Shown here piece by piece: positions 55,537 to 64,000 of a stretch of 64,000 bases of DNA. Position 1 is the first letter of the stretch; the number at the start of each line of letters is the position of its first letter. The position numbers and the translations under genes are program-made. The notes under the pieces were generated by a model. It was not told where the DNA came from, did no database searches, and was given only the letters and a program-made list of their open reading frames with translations. Source of the stretch: Ruminiclostridium sp. (GTDB lineage: Bacteria; Bacillota; Clostridia; Oscillospirales; Ruminococcaceae); contig JAFUNV010000027.1 in the NCBI GenBank assembly GCA_017472865.1, positions 2,520 through 66,519 on the forward strand. The letters run 5' to 3'.

Positions 55537-56898
55537 ATGGCAAGAGAACATTTGAAAAGCCGCCTCGGCTTTATTCTGCTGAGCGCAGGCTGTGCCATAG
55601 GCATAGGAAATGTCTGGAAATTCCCTTATGTTACAGGTCAGTACGGCGGAGGAATCTTTGTTCTGATTTATCTGTTTTTCCTCCTTATTCTCGGCGTACC
55701 GATTATGACTATGGAGTTTTCCATGGGACGCGCGGCGCAGAAAAGTCCCGTACTCCTTTATCAGCAGCTTCAGAAGCCGGGACAGAAATGGCACATTCAC
55801 GGCTTTGTGGGTATGCTGGGCAACTACATTCTGATGATGTTCTATACCACCGTCGCAGGCTGGATGCTTAAATACTTCGTATCCACCGCCATGGGCGATT
55901 TCAAAGGTATGGACACCGCACAGATAAAGGCGGCGCACGCCGAGCTGCTCGCCGACCCTTTAACCATGATAATCTTCATGGCTGTTATCGTCCTGATTGC
56001 TACCGTGGTCTGCTCCTTCGGACTTCAGAACGGGCTTGAACGTATAACAAAAATAATGATGTCGGCACTTATTATAATAATGGTGGTGCTGGCAATAAAC
56101 AGTATCTTTACCGAAGGCGGCAGCGAGGGTCTCAAATTCTACCTGCTCCCTGACGTCAGCAAGGTTAAAGAGGTGGGGCTTGGAAATGTAATAGTTGCCG
56201 CTATGAATCAGGCTTTCTTCACACTCAGTATTGGCATGGGCTCTATGGCTATCTTCGGCAGCTATATCGGCAAGGAACGCTCTCTTATGGGCGAAGCGGT
56301 GAATATCGCTCTGCTGGACACCTTTGTGGCAATTGCTTCGGGTCTTATAATCTTCCCTGCCTGCTTTGCATACGGTGTAGATGTAAACAGCGGCCCCGAC
56401 CTTATCTTTATCACACTGCCTAATATTTTCAACAATATGCCTTTAGGCCGTGTATGGGGCAGCTTCTTCTTTGTGTTCATGTCCTTTGCGGCAATATCCA
56501 CAGTGCTTGCCGTATTTGAGAATATCATCTCCTGCACTACCGACCTTTTCAAGTGGAGCAGAAGAAAAGCGTGCATTATCAACGGTGCGGCATTGTTCGT
56601 GCTTTCTCTCCCCTGTATCTTCGGCTACAATATCCTGAGCTTTATAAAGCCTCTCGGCGAAGGCTCAAATATAATGGATTTAGAAGATTTCGCAGTCAAT
56701 AACCTTATCCTCCCCTTAGGCTCGCTTATTTTTGTACTGTTCTGTGTGACCCGCTACGGCTGGGGCTGGGACAACTTCGTGAATGAAGCAAATCAGGGCA
56801 AGGGTCTTAAGGTGCAGAAATGGATGAAGGGCTACATGACCTATGTTCTCCCCGTGCTTATTGTCGTGTTCTTTATAATTGGCATTCTCCCCAGATAA
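55537..56898 (+). CDS. Sodium-dependent transporter (NSS/SNF family)
   Basis: AGCAIGIGNVWKFPY, GGG.F, QAFFTLS.G.G, GP.L.F..LP. Confidence 0.95.
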   Translation: MAREHLKSRLGFILLSAGCAIGIGNVWKFPYVTGQYGGGIFVLIYLFFLLILGVPIMTMEFSMGRAAQKSPVLLYQQLQKPGQKWHIHGFVGMLGNYILMMFYTTVAGWMLKYFVSTAMGDFKGMDTAQIKAAHAELLADPLTMIIFMAVIVLIATVVCSFGLQNGLERITKIMMSALIIIMVVLAINSIFTEGGSEGLKFYLLPDVSKVKEVGLGNVIVAAMNQAFFTLSIGMGSMAIFGSYIGKERSLMGEAVNIALLDTFVAIASGLIIFPACFAYGVDVNSGPDLIFITLPNIFNNMPLGRVWGSFFFVFMSFAAISTVLAVFENIISCTTDLFKWSRRKACIINGAALFVLSLPCIFGYNILSFIKPLGEGSNIMDLEDFAVNNLILPLGSLIFVLFCVTRYGWGWDNFVNEANQGKGLKVQKWMKGYMTYVLPVLIVVFFIIGILPR

Positions 56899-56922
56899 TA
56901 ATGACAGAAAGGAATTAATTAA

Positions 56923-58262
56923 ATGAGTTCAAACAAAAGCAGCTTCGGAAGCAAAATAGGCTTCGTTCTCGCCGCCGCAGGCTCGGCGGTATCTGGAGAT
57001 TCCCCTATCTTGCCGCAAAATACGGCGGAGGTATTTTCCTTCTCGTTTACCTTATCCTTGCCATAACCTTCGGCTTTGCCCTTATGATAACCGAAATCGC
57101 TATCGGCAGAAAGACAGGCAAAAGCGTAATCGGCGCTTATTCCTCAATCAATAAAAAATTCGCACCTCTCGGCTGGCTTGCCGCAGCGGTTCCTGCTATA
57201 ATCTTCCCTTACTACTGCGTAATCGGCGGCTGGGTAATGAAATATATCACCGTTTATGTAACAGGCAGCAGTGCCGACGCCGCCGCAGATAAGGGCGCAT
57301 ATTTCGGTCAGTTCATAGGAAAGACTGCACAGCCAATGCTTTTCTTTGCAATATTTCTTATTTTAACGGCTGTAATTGTAATGTTGGGCGTTGAAAAGGG
57401 TATCGAAAAGGTAAGTAAGATTATGATGCCCGTACTGGTGCTTATATCGCTCTTTGTAGCTATTTATTCCCTTACTATCCCCGGCGCACTTGACGGTTTT
57501 ATCTACTATATCAAACCCAACTTTGAAAATTTCGGTATCGAAACAGTAGTTGCCGCTATGGGTCAGCTTTTCTACTCAATGTCTCTCGCTATGGGTATCA
57601 TGATTACATACGGTTCCTATATGCGTAAAGAGGACAACCTTGAAGGCTCCGTGCGCCAGATTGAAATTTTCGATACAGCTATCGCTTTCCTTTCGGGTAT
57701 GATGATCGTTCCTGCAGTTTATGCATTTGCCGGCGGCGACCCCACACAGATCAACGCAGGCCCCGGTCTTATGTTCGAAACTCTGCCTCAGGTATTTGCC
57801 TCCATGAAGGGCGGTACAATTATCGGTCTTGTTTTCTTTATTCTGGTTTTCCTTGCGGCTCTTACCTCCTCTATCTCCCTTATGGAAACCATCGTTTCCG
57901 TAATAATGGAAAAGTTCAATATGAAGCGTATCCCCGCTTGTATTGCAGTAATAGCATTTGCTTTCCTTTTAGGTACGGTTTCTGTTCTCGGCTTCAGCGA
58001 ATGGAAGAATATCCAGCCCTTCGGAAAGTCTGATATTCTCACCTTCTTTGACTTCCTCAGCAATAATATCATGATGCCGATAGTAGCTCTCGCTACCTGC
58101 ATTTTAATCGGATACGTGGTCAAGACAAAGTATGTTGAAGACGAGGTTCAGCTCAACTCCGAGTTCAAATCCCAGAAAATGTACCGCGTAATGATAAAGT
58201 ATATCGCACCCGTTTGCATGGTTATTATTTTTCTTTCCTCCGTGTTCGGCTTTGCAGGGTAA
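56923..58262 (+). pseudogene. Second NSS-family transporter, frameshifted in TM1 (pseudogene or sequence error)
   Basis: ATG 56923 frame reads ...AAAGSAV; IWRFPYLAAKYGGG continues in another frame from 56991; GLGN is absent. Confidence 0.85.
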
Positions 58263-58278
58263 TATCAGATAAAAAGTT

Positions 58279-58306
58279 ACGGGCGAACTGTGTTCGCCCG
58301 TTTTTT
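58279..58306. repeat. REP-derived palindrome acting as terminator
   Basis: GGGCGAACTGTGTTCGCCCGTT identical to 55383-55404, followed by a T run. Confidence 0.75.
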
Positions 58307-58862
58307 ATACACTTTTATTTCTTTCATATAGCCTTATTACTCTCGGTCGGTTATACCGCTGAAGAATGACAAAAAACATATCACAGCCCGCAGCAAGGAA
58401 GGCAGTACCCACAAAAATCCAGATATATATTTTCCAATCAGGTGTGAACAGGCTGAAAAATAAGGTCGCCCAACTTAAAAGAACTATAATCTCATGTATC
58501 AGCTCCGCCGCGCACATATTTTCGATAATTTTTTTCATATTATTCTCTTCAACAGAGAATCTTTCGGGCTCCCACGTGGGAATTATATGCTTCCATTTCT
58601 TAACTCCCAGTCTCTTATACAGTGCTTTTTCAAAACTTTTCTCCCTGAACCATAAGGAGTTATGATTAAGCCCCTTTTCAGTTAATATATCAATAACCGT
58701 ACCCACTGCAAGACGCATTATCAAATGATAAGAAATTGTAAACATGGTGAGCGTTATTGAAAACCATGGTATATTATTGTAAATCATGTAAAACACAAGA
58801 CTTATAATCGTAAGAACGGAAAAAACAATAGCCAAAAACTTGAACCCTCTGCGAAAACTCAT
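58305..58862 (-). CDS. Membrane protein, CrtO-acyltransferase-like family
   Basis: LYKRLGVKKWK, AELIHE, ILQRYNRPR; several TMs. Confidence 0.65.
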   Translation of the reverse strand: MSFRRGFKFLAIVFSVLTIISLVFYMIYNNIPWFSITLTMFTISYHLIMRLAVGTVIDILTEKGLNHNSLWFREKSFEKALYKRLGVKKWKHIIPTWEPERFSVEENNMKKIIENMCAAELIHEIIVLLSWATLFFSLFTPDWKIYIWIFVGTAFLAAGCDMFFVILQRYNRPRVIRLYERNKSV

Positions 58863-58879
58863 AGCACTTCCTCATTATC

Positions 58880-58912
58880 AAAAACAGCAGGTTTTTCAAC
58901 CTGCCATTTTTT
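58880..58912 (-). terminator. Intrinsic terminator of the YegP-like gene
   Basis: Minus strand GGCAGGTT...AACCTGCTGTTTT. Confidence 0.7.
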
Positions 58913-58921
58913 ATGTAAAAA

Positions 58922-59299
58922 TTATTCCTCAGGCTCAACCACATCAGCGTCGGGAGCGTTTTTGATTACGCTTTCAATGCCGTTCTTGCAGCCTGCCATA
59001 GCGGTGTAGCCTTCGCTTGCAAGGATAGACTCGCCGTTTCTTGCCTTAAGACGGAAGCGGAATTCGCCCGCCTTATCCTTGTAGATTTCAAACTTGGGAT
59101 GTGTTACAGCTTCATAGCCTTCAACTGTCTGGTCCTCAATATTTGCAGCAGGAGCGTTCTTCTTGATGCTCTCGATGCTGTTCTTAGCGCTTGCGAGAGA
59201 GCTGAAAACCTCGCCGCCGATGCCGATAACCTGACCGTTGCCAGCCATAAGGCTTATTGTATAGCCTGTATTGGTCTTTTTAATAGCAAATTTTCCCAT
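58922..59299 (-). CDS. YegP/DUF1508 tandem-domain protein
   Basis: Two repeats L.AxNG..I..xE.(F/Y).....CKNGIESV.KNAP; ATG 59299 after GAAAGGA. Confidence 0.88.
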   Translation of the reverse strand: MGKFAIKKTNTGYTISLMAGNGQVIGIGGEVFSSLASAKNSIESIKKNAPAANIEDQTVEGYEAVTHPKFEIYKDKAGEFRFRLKARNGESILASEGYTAMAGCKNGIESVIKNAPDADVVEPEE

Positions 59300-59345
59300 T
59301 TTAATCAATCCTTTCAAAAAAATGTACGGAATTTTCTGTAATTTA

Positions 59346-59374
59346 ATTATAACAACTTTTTTGTGTAATGTCAA
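59346..59374 (-). promoter_or_regulatory. Sigma-A promoter of the YegP-like gene
   Basis: TTGACA-N17-TATAAT with TGn. Confidence 0.8.
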
Positions 59375-59511
59375 CAGAAAACATTTCTTTTTCAAAAAGT
59401 TTTTATAGGATTTCGGAATTATTCCTTACAAAGCCCGTTTTTGAACTCCGAAATCGCAGTTTCAGCGCTGTAAACATTTCATGATATTATGCATAAACTG
59501 TTAAAAAACTG

Positions 59512-59540
59512 TTGACAAAGCCATTTGTATATGTTAAAAT
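59512..59540 (+). promoter_or_regulatory. Sigma-A promoter of the lysine operon
   Basis: TTGACA-N17-TAAAAT with TGn, just before the riboswitch. Confidence 0.85.
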
Positions 59541-59548
59541 ACCTTTAA

Positions 59549-59756
59549 GGTAGAGGTGCAGGTTTCAAGAGTACCTGCGGCGCTAACAGTTCAGCCTGTT
59601 GCCGCACGGAAAGGGGAAACTGCCGAAGATTACGCAGGCTGTGGTGCGTAACTCTGGTTGTCCGCTGAATAAGCGTATGACTGTCATCATAAGATGGAGT
59701 GCTATCGTCAGATAAATTTATTTTTGTTTGATGACCGGCATAGTGTCGGTTTTTTT
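59549..59756 (+). ncRNA. Lysine riboswitch with terminator-type expression platform
   Basis: AGAGGTGC, AGTA, GAAAGG, GCCGAA, CTGTC, GGAGTGCT boxes in order (59549-59706); hairpin ACCGGCA..TGTCGGT plus T run before asd. Confidence 0.92.
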
Positions 59757-59790
59757 AATTATAAGTACAAAAGAAAGGCTGGATTTCAAA

Positions 59791-60870
59791 ATGAAACAGT
59801 ACAAAGTAGGTATCATCGGCGCAACAGGTATGGTAGGACAGCGTTTTGCAGTTCTTCTCGAAAATCACCCCTGGTTCAAGGTTACAACCCTTGCAGCTTC
59901 TCCCCGTTCCGCAGGCAAGACATATAAAGACGCAGTAAAGAAGTGGCTTATCGAAGAAAAGCCCATGCCCGCTTCCATGGAAAATATCGTGGTTATGGAC
60001 GCTACTGCAGATATCGAAAAGATTGCCGCTGAGGTTGACTTCGTTTTCTGCGCAGTTGACATGAAGAAGGACGAAATCAAGGCTCTCGAAGAAGCATATG
60101 CAAAGCACGAATGCCCTGTAATGTCCAACAACTCCGCTCACCGCTTCACAGATGACGTTCCTATGATTATCCCTGAAATCAACGACGAGCACATGGCTGT
60201 TGTTGAGGACCAGAAAAAGCGCCTCGGCACAAAGAGAGGCTTTATCTCCGTTAAGTCCAACTGCTCTATCCAGAGCTATGTTCCCGCACTCTCTCCTTTA
60301 AGAAAGTTCGGTATCAAGAACGTTCTCGCTTGTACATATCAGGCTATCAGCGGCGCAGGCAAGACCTTTGAAACATGGCCCGAAATGGTAGATAACCTTA
60401 TCCCCTTTATCGGCGGTGAGGAAGAAAAGTCCGAGCAGGAACCCTTAAAGGTATGGGGCGAAATCAAGGACGGCAAGATTGTAAAGGCCGAAGAACCCTC
60501 TATTACAACTCAGTGTCTCCGTGTTCCCGTTTCCAACGGTCACTTCGCAGCTGTATTCGTAAAGTTTGAAAACAAGCCCACTAAGGAAGAAATCCTTGAT
60601 ATCTGGAAGCAGTTCAAGGGTGTTCCTCAGGAATTAGACCTCCCCTCTGCTCCCAAGCAGTTCTTAAACTACTTTGAAGAGGATAACTTCCCCCAGGCTA
60701 AGGTTCACAGAAACTTAGAAAACGGTATGGCTGTTTCTATCGGTCGTTTAAGAGAAGATACACAGTACGACTATAAGTTTGTATGCCTCTCCCACAACAC
60801 ATTAAGAGGCGCAGCAGGCGGCGCAGTTCTTATGGCTGAGCTTTACGCTGCAAAGGGTTATTTTGATTAA
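59791..60870 (+). CDS. asd: Aspartate-semialdehyde dehydrogenase
   Basis: GATGMVGQ, PEIN, NCS, QAISGAG, RVPV..GH, HNTLRGAAG. Confidence 0.96.
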   Translation: MKQYKVGIIGATGMVGQRFAVLLENHPWFKVTTLAASPRSAGKTYKDAVKKWLIEEKPMPASMENIVVMDATADIEKIAAEVDFVFCAVDMKKDEIKALEEAYAKHECPVMSNNSAHRFTDDVPMIIPEINDEHMAVVEDQKKRLGTKRGFISVKSNCSIQSYVPALSPLRKFGIKNVLACTYQAISGAGKTFETWPEMVDNLIPFIGGEEEKSEQEPLKVWGEIKDGKIVKAEEPSITTQCLRVPVSNGHFAAVFVKFENKPTKEEILDIWKQFKGVPQELDLPSAPKQFLNYFEEDNFPQAKVHRNLENGMAVSIGRLREDTQYDYKFVCLSHNTLRGAAGGAVLMAELYAAKGYFD

Positions 60871-61325
60871 TGAATACCCAAATCCGTAAAAATACTCCCG
60901 CTGATTATGAGACTGCCTATACCCTCACCCGTGAGCTTATGGTGTATCATAATGCGCTGGACATTTTCACAACCACACCTGAGCGGCTGAGAGAGCTGAT
61001 TGAAAGCGGAATGCTTCATAGCTTCACTCTTTACTGCGAGGGAAAGCCCGCAGGAATTATGAATTTCTTTTTCAAGCTTACTACCTTTACGGGCAGAAAA
61101 ATCCTTTATATTGAGGATCTGTATGTCCGTGAGGAGTACCGCGGAAAAGGACTCGGCAAAATTCTGCTGTCAAAGGCCAAAGAAATTGCCGATGAAAATG
61201 ACTGCGAACAGCTTGAACTTAAATGCGCCCACTGGAACAAGGCTTCCGCCCATTTCTATAAGGCGCAGGGTATGAAAAATGAAAACGAGTGGATAACCTT
61301 CACTCTCGATAAATCTTTATTCTGA
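60870..61325 (+). CDS. GNAT N-acetyltransferase, diamine/SSAT-like
   Basis: TTFTGRKILYIEDLYV, RGKGLG, WN.AS..FY...G. Confidence 0.85.
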   Translation: MNTQIRKNTPADYETAYTLTRELMVYHNALDIFTTTPERLRELIESGMLHSFTLYCEGKPAGIMNFFFKLTTFTGRKILYIEDLYVREEYRGKGLGKILLSKAKEIADENDCEQLELKCAHWNKASAHFYKAQGMKNENEWITFTLDKSLF

Positions 61326-61347
61326 CTCGTGAAAGGAGCGGATTAAA

Positions 61348-62229
61348 ATGAAGAATGTAATTTTCACAGGCTCTGCCGTTGCAATCGTTACTCCTATGAA
61401 TGCAGACGGAAGTATCAACTATGATGTTTTCGGCGACATTATCGAAGAACAGATTGCAGGCGGTACAGACGCTATTGTTGTATGCGGTACAACAGGCGAG
61501 GCTTCAACAATGACTGATGAAGAGCATATTGAAGCTATCCGTTTTACCGTTGAAAAGACTGCTAAAAGAATTCCTGTCATCGCAGGCACAGGCAGTAATG
61601 ATACAGGCTACGCAATCGAGCTTTCAAAGCAGGCTGAAGCAGCAGGCGCAGACGCTTTACTTCAGGTTACACCCTACTACAACAAGACTTCTCAGCGTGG
61701 TCTTGTGGCACACTTCACCGCTATTGCAGACGCTGTAAATATCCCGATTATTCTTTACAATGTTCCTTCCAGAACAGGTATGACTATCTCGGTTGATACA
61801 TACGTTGAGCTTGCAAAGCACCCCAATATCGTAGCTACAAAGGAAGCCAGCGGAAACTTCTCTCTTATTGCTGAAATCGCCGCTAAGACTGACCTTGCTA
61901 TCTATTCGGGCAACGACGACCAGGTTCTCGGCGTTCTCGCTTTCGGCGGAAAGGGCGTCATATCTGTTTCCGCAAACGTTATTCCTAAGGAAAAGCATGA
62001 TATGGTTATGCTTTATATGAACGGCGAACGCGAAAAGGCACTGACTCTTCAGAACAAGTACCTTGATATGGAAAACGCAATGTTCATTGACGTTAACCCT
62101 ATCCCCGTGAAGGAAGCCATGAACCTTATGGGCAAGAACGTAGGCGAATGCCGTCTGCCTCTCGTGAAGATGGAAGAAGCTAAGATTGAAAAGCTCAGAA
62201 ACGAGCTTGCAAAGGTCGGCTTGGTTTAA
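61348..62229 (+). CDS. dapA: 4-hydroxy-tetrahydrodipicolinate synthase
   Basis: GTTGE, PYYNK, YNVPSRT, KEASG, SGND, NPIPVK. Confidence 0.97.
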   Translation: MKNVIFTGSAVAIVTPMNADGSINYDVFGDIIEEQIAGGTDAIVVCGTTGEASTMTDEEHIEAIRFTVEKTAKRIPVIAGTGSNDTGYAIELSKQAEAAGADALLQVTPYYNKTSQRGLVAHFTAIADAVNIPIILYNVPSRTGMTISVDTYVELAKHPNIVATKEASGNFSLIAEIAAKTDLAIYSGNDDQVLGVLAFGGKGVISVSANVIPKEKHDMVMLYMNGEREKALTLQNKYLDMENAMFIDVNPIPVKEAMNLMGKNVGECRLPLVKMEEAKIEKLRNELAKVGLV

Positions 62230-62251
62230 GCCATAGCAAAGGAAGTTTAAA

Positions 62252-63010
62252 ATGGTAAAAATAGCTATAACAGGTGCAAACGGAAAAATGGGCAGGGTTA
62301 TCGCAAATCTCGTGGCAGCACGTGAAGACTGCACAGTGATTGCAGGCATTGACCTTAACGACGCTCAGAACGGCTCCTTCCCTGTTGTTAAGTATCCTGC
62401 TGAGCTCCCCGAAAAGCCCGATGTAATCATCGACTTCTCCCACCCCTCAGCCCTTAACGACCTTCTTTCCTACTGCACTATCAATAATGTTCCGCTGGTT
62501 GCCGCAACAACAGGCTATACCGCAGACGAAATCGCTAAAATCAAGAAAACCGCTGAGCAGATTCCGATTTTCTTCACCTTCAATATGTCTCTCGGCATAA
62601 ACCTGCTTGTGGAGCTCGGAAAGCGCGCGGTAAATGTCCTCGGCGGGCAGTATGATATCGAAATTGTTGAAAAGCATCACAACCAGAAGAAGGACGCTCC
62701 CTCGGGAACCGCAATCATGATTGCGGAAGCCCTCAACGGCGAGCTTGACAATAAGATGAAGTATGTTTATGACCGCCACAATGTACGCACGGCGCGCGAA
62801 GCCAACGAAATCGGTATGCACGCAATCCGCGGCGGCACTATCGTAGGCGAGCATGACATTATTTTTGCGGGGCATGACGAGGTTATCACCCTTTCTCACT
62901 CCGCAGGCTCCAAGGAAGTCTTTGCAAACGGCTCTATAAATGCTGCTGTGTTCCTTTCAAAGAAGGAAAACGGGCTTTATGATATGTCGGATTTGCTTCA
63001 GAACTCATAA
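62252..63010 (+). CDS. dapB: 4-hydroxy-tetrahydrodipicolinate reductase
   Basis: GANGKMG, IDFS, TTG, EKHHNQKKDAPSGTA, GEH. Confidence 0.97.
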   Translation: MVKIAITGANGKMGRVIANLVAAREDCTVIAGIDLNDAQNGSFPVVKYPAELPEKPDVIIDFSHPSALNDLLSYCTINNVPLVAATTGYTADEIAKIKKTAEQIPIFFTFNMSLGINLLVELGKRAVNVLGGQYDIEIVEKHHNQKKDAPSGTAIMIAEALNGELDNKMKYVYDRHNVRTAREANEIGMHAIRGGTIVGEHDIIFAGHDEVITLSHSAGSKEVFANGSINAAVFLSKKENGLYDMSDLLQNS

Positions 63011-63026
63011 AACAATGGAACTATAA

Positions 63027-63067
63027 AAGCCACACAGGAAGTTAAACCCTGTGTGGCTGTTTATTTT
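63027..63067 (+). terminator. Terminator-like hairpin after dapB
   Basis: AGCCACACAGG...CCTGTGTGGCT followed by a T-rich run. Confidence 0.7.
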
Positions 63068-63085
63068 ATTTCGGGAGTTGATTTT

Positions 63086-63547
63086 ATGATTAGTATAGAC
63101 CTTACCGAGCAGATTTCGGTTATAACCTTCGGGAATATTCCTTTTGAAAGTGAAAGCGATTTCATTTACAGCATTTTTGAGGCGGCCGCAAGAGAAAATA
63201 TCAACGTAGATATGATTTCAAAAGCGTCCGTTTCCACCGACCGCACTTCAGTCGGGTTCACCTTTATGGACGAGGATATGCCCAGAATGCTGAATGTTCT
63301 CAGCAGCGTCAGATTTTACCGACCGCCGCTGGTAAGCTGCGGAAATGTAAAAATACTGATTAAATCAGATGAAATGGCAGGCTCGGCAGGCTTTGCCGTG
63401 AAGGTTTTCGCCGCACTGAAGAATACAGGTGTTACCGCTATTCTGATTACTACCTCCGCTGACGAAATCTCGCTTATGGTAAGAGAAAGCGACAGCAGGG
63501 AGCTTGCGGCAGAGCTGGAGAGGAAATTCAACAGCTTTAATAATTGA
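63086..63547 (+). CDS. Stand-alone tandem ACT-domain protein (aspartokinase regulatory-domain-like)
   Basis: IFEAAARENINVDMIS; M...GFAVKVF.AL...ILITTS..EISL. Confidence 0.8.
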   Translation: MISIDLTEQISVITFGNIPFESESDFIYSIFEAAARENINVDMISKASVSTDRTSVGFTFMDEDMPRMLNVLSSVRFYRPPLVSCGNVKILIKSDEMAGSAGFAVKVFAALKNTGVTAILITTSADEISLMVRESDSRELAAELERKFNSFNN

Positions 63548-63568
63548 CCGCCTCATAAAAATCAAAAT

Positions 63569-63596
63569 AAACAAGCCCGCAAATGCGGGCTTGTTT
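63569..63596. terminator. Bidirectional terminator
   Basis: AAACAAGCCCGC AAAT GCGGGCTTGTTT. Confidence 0.85.
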
Positions 63597-63605
63597 GGTG
63601 TTTAA

Positions 63606-64000
63606 TTATAAACCGAAGCTCTTTACAAGTGCCTTGTATTCAGGAGAACTTACAAATCCATTGAATACATCTTCTCTTGACATACCGTTTACCATCTTCT
63701 TGAGCCAGCTTGCCTTACCGTTTGCGTCGGAAGCTCTGTTAAAGAAAGTGTTATACATACACTCAACGAAATCAGCGTCGCTAAGGTTTCTCTTTTCAAA
63801 TTCTGCTGAGAAAATAAAGCCGGAGGCAATCTTGTCAAGTGTGTACTTACCTGAAATGTAGTTACCTGTATGGTGGTTAAGACCACTTACGTCATACGCT
63901 CTGTTAAGCGCCTTTGTGTAAAGGCGGCTGATAAACTTTGTAAGCTTGCCGTTTACATCGCGGTTTTCTGTTGCTGTGTAAGTACCTGTCTCAATTCCGT
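63606..64000 (-). CDS. C-terminal part of a DUF4214-domain (probable surface) protein, truncated by window edge; absent from the ORF track
   Basis: Hand translation: FISRLYTKALNR.YD..GL...FIFSAEF...DFVECMYNTFFNRASD..G...W...FVSSPEY...FGL stop. Confidence 0.8.
   Translation of the reverse strand, partial: GIETGTYTATENRDVNGKLTKFISRLYTKALNRAYDVSGLNHHTGNYISGKYTLDKIASGFIFSAEFEKRNLSDADFVECMYNTFFNRASDANGKASWLKKMVNGMSREDVFNGFVSSPEYKALVKSFGL

Noticed and set aside
59330-59344. 13/15 match to the CodY box
   Set aside because: AT-rich motif that arises easily by chance; codY presence in this genome is unknown.
59409-59455. Inverted repeat GATTTCGGA...TCCGAAATC
   Set aside because: 9-bp arms with a 29-nt gap, one copy, no functional cue.
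61657-62349. 230-aa - strand ORF
   Set aside because: Antisense shadow of dapA-dapB.
63583-63886. Track ORFs 63583..63861 (+) and 63689..63886 (-)
   Set aside because: The real gene is the DUF4214 frame ending at 63606; these are shadow or off-frame ORFs.

Overview
A 64-kb stretch of mostly core chromosome from a spore-forming Clostridia bacterium; gene content and order suggest Oscillospiraceae/Ruminococcaceae. In order: (1) the end of a histidine kinase plus an FtsX-type ABC exporter; (2) a ~20-kb minus-strand housekeeping block (miaB, ylbF/ymcA-like, mutS, mutL, miaA, hfq, HlyD-like, yggS, sepF, ylmH, divIVA, ileS, lspA, rluD, HAD, hypothetical, split transketolase); (3) hpf, a YwqG-like gene, an ECF sigma/anti-sigma pair and sipL-spoIVA; (4) a degenerate-GGDEF/EAL protein and the tmk...mltG-U32-rsmA-spoIIE run; (5) pepD, Mrp/ApbC, dtd, a GH36 alpha-galactosidase and DegV; (6) an orphan cheY with an MshEN-CheX-like partner; (7) two lipoproteins and two NSS transporters, one frameshifted; (8) a lysine-riboswitch-controlled asd-GNAT-dapA-dapB-ACT cluster and the 3' end of a DUF4214 gene. 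No rRNA, tRNA, CRISPR array, transposase or prophage was seen. The best candidate for an undescribed system is the two-gene CheY + 4xMshEN-CheX module, a possible c-di-GMP-gated response-regulator phosphatase. Other highlights are a 180-bp TTAA-flanked palindromic MITE-like element in a regulator box, a stand-alone FakA middle domain beside DegV, an SSAT-like acetyltransferase inside the lysine operon, GTAG-type REP palindromes and two apparent non-canonical starts (ACG, ATA). All family calls come from reading motifs by eye; no database searches were run.
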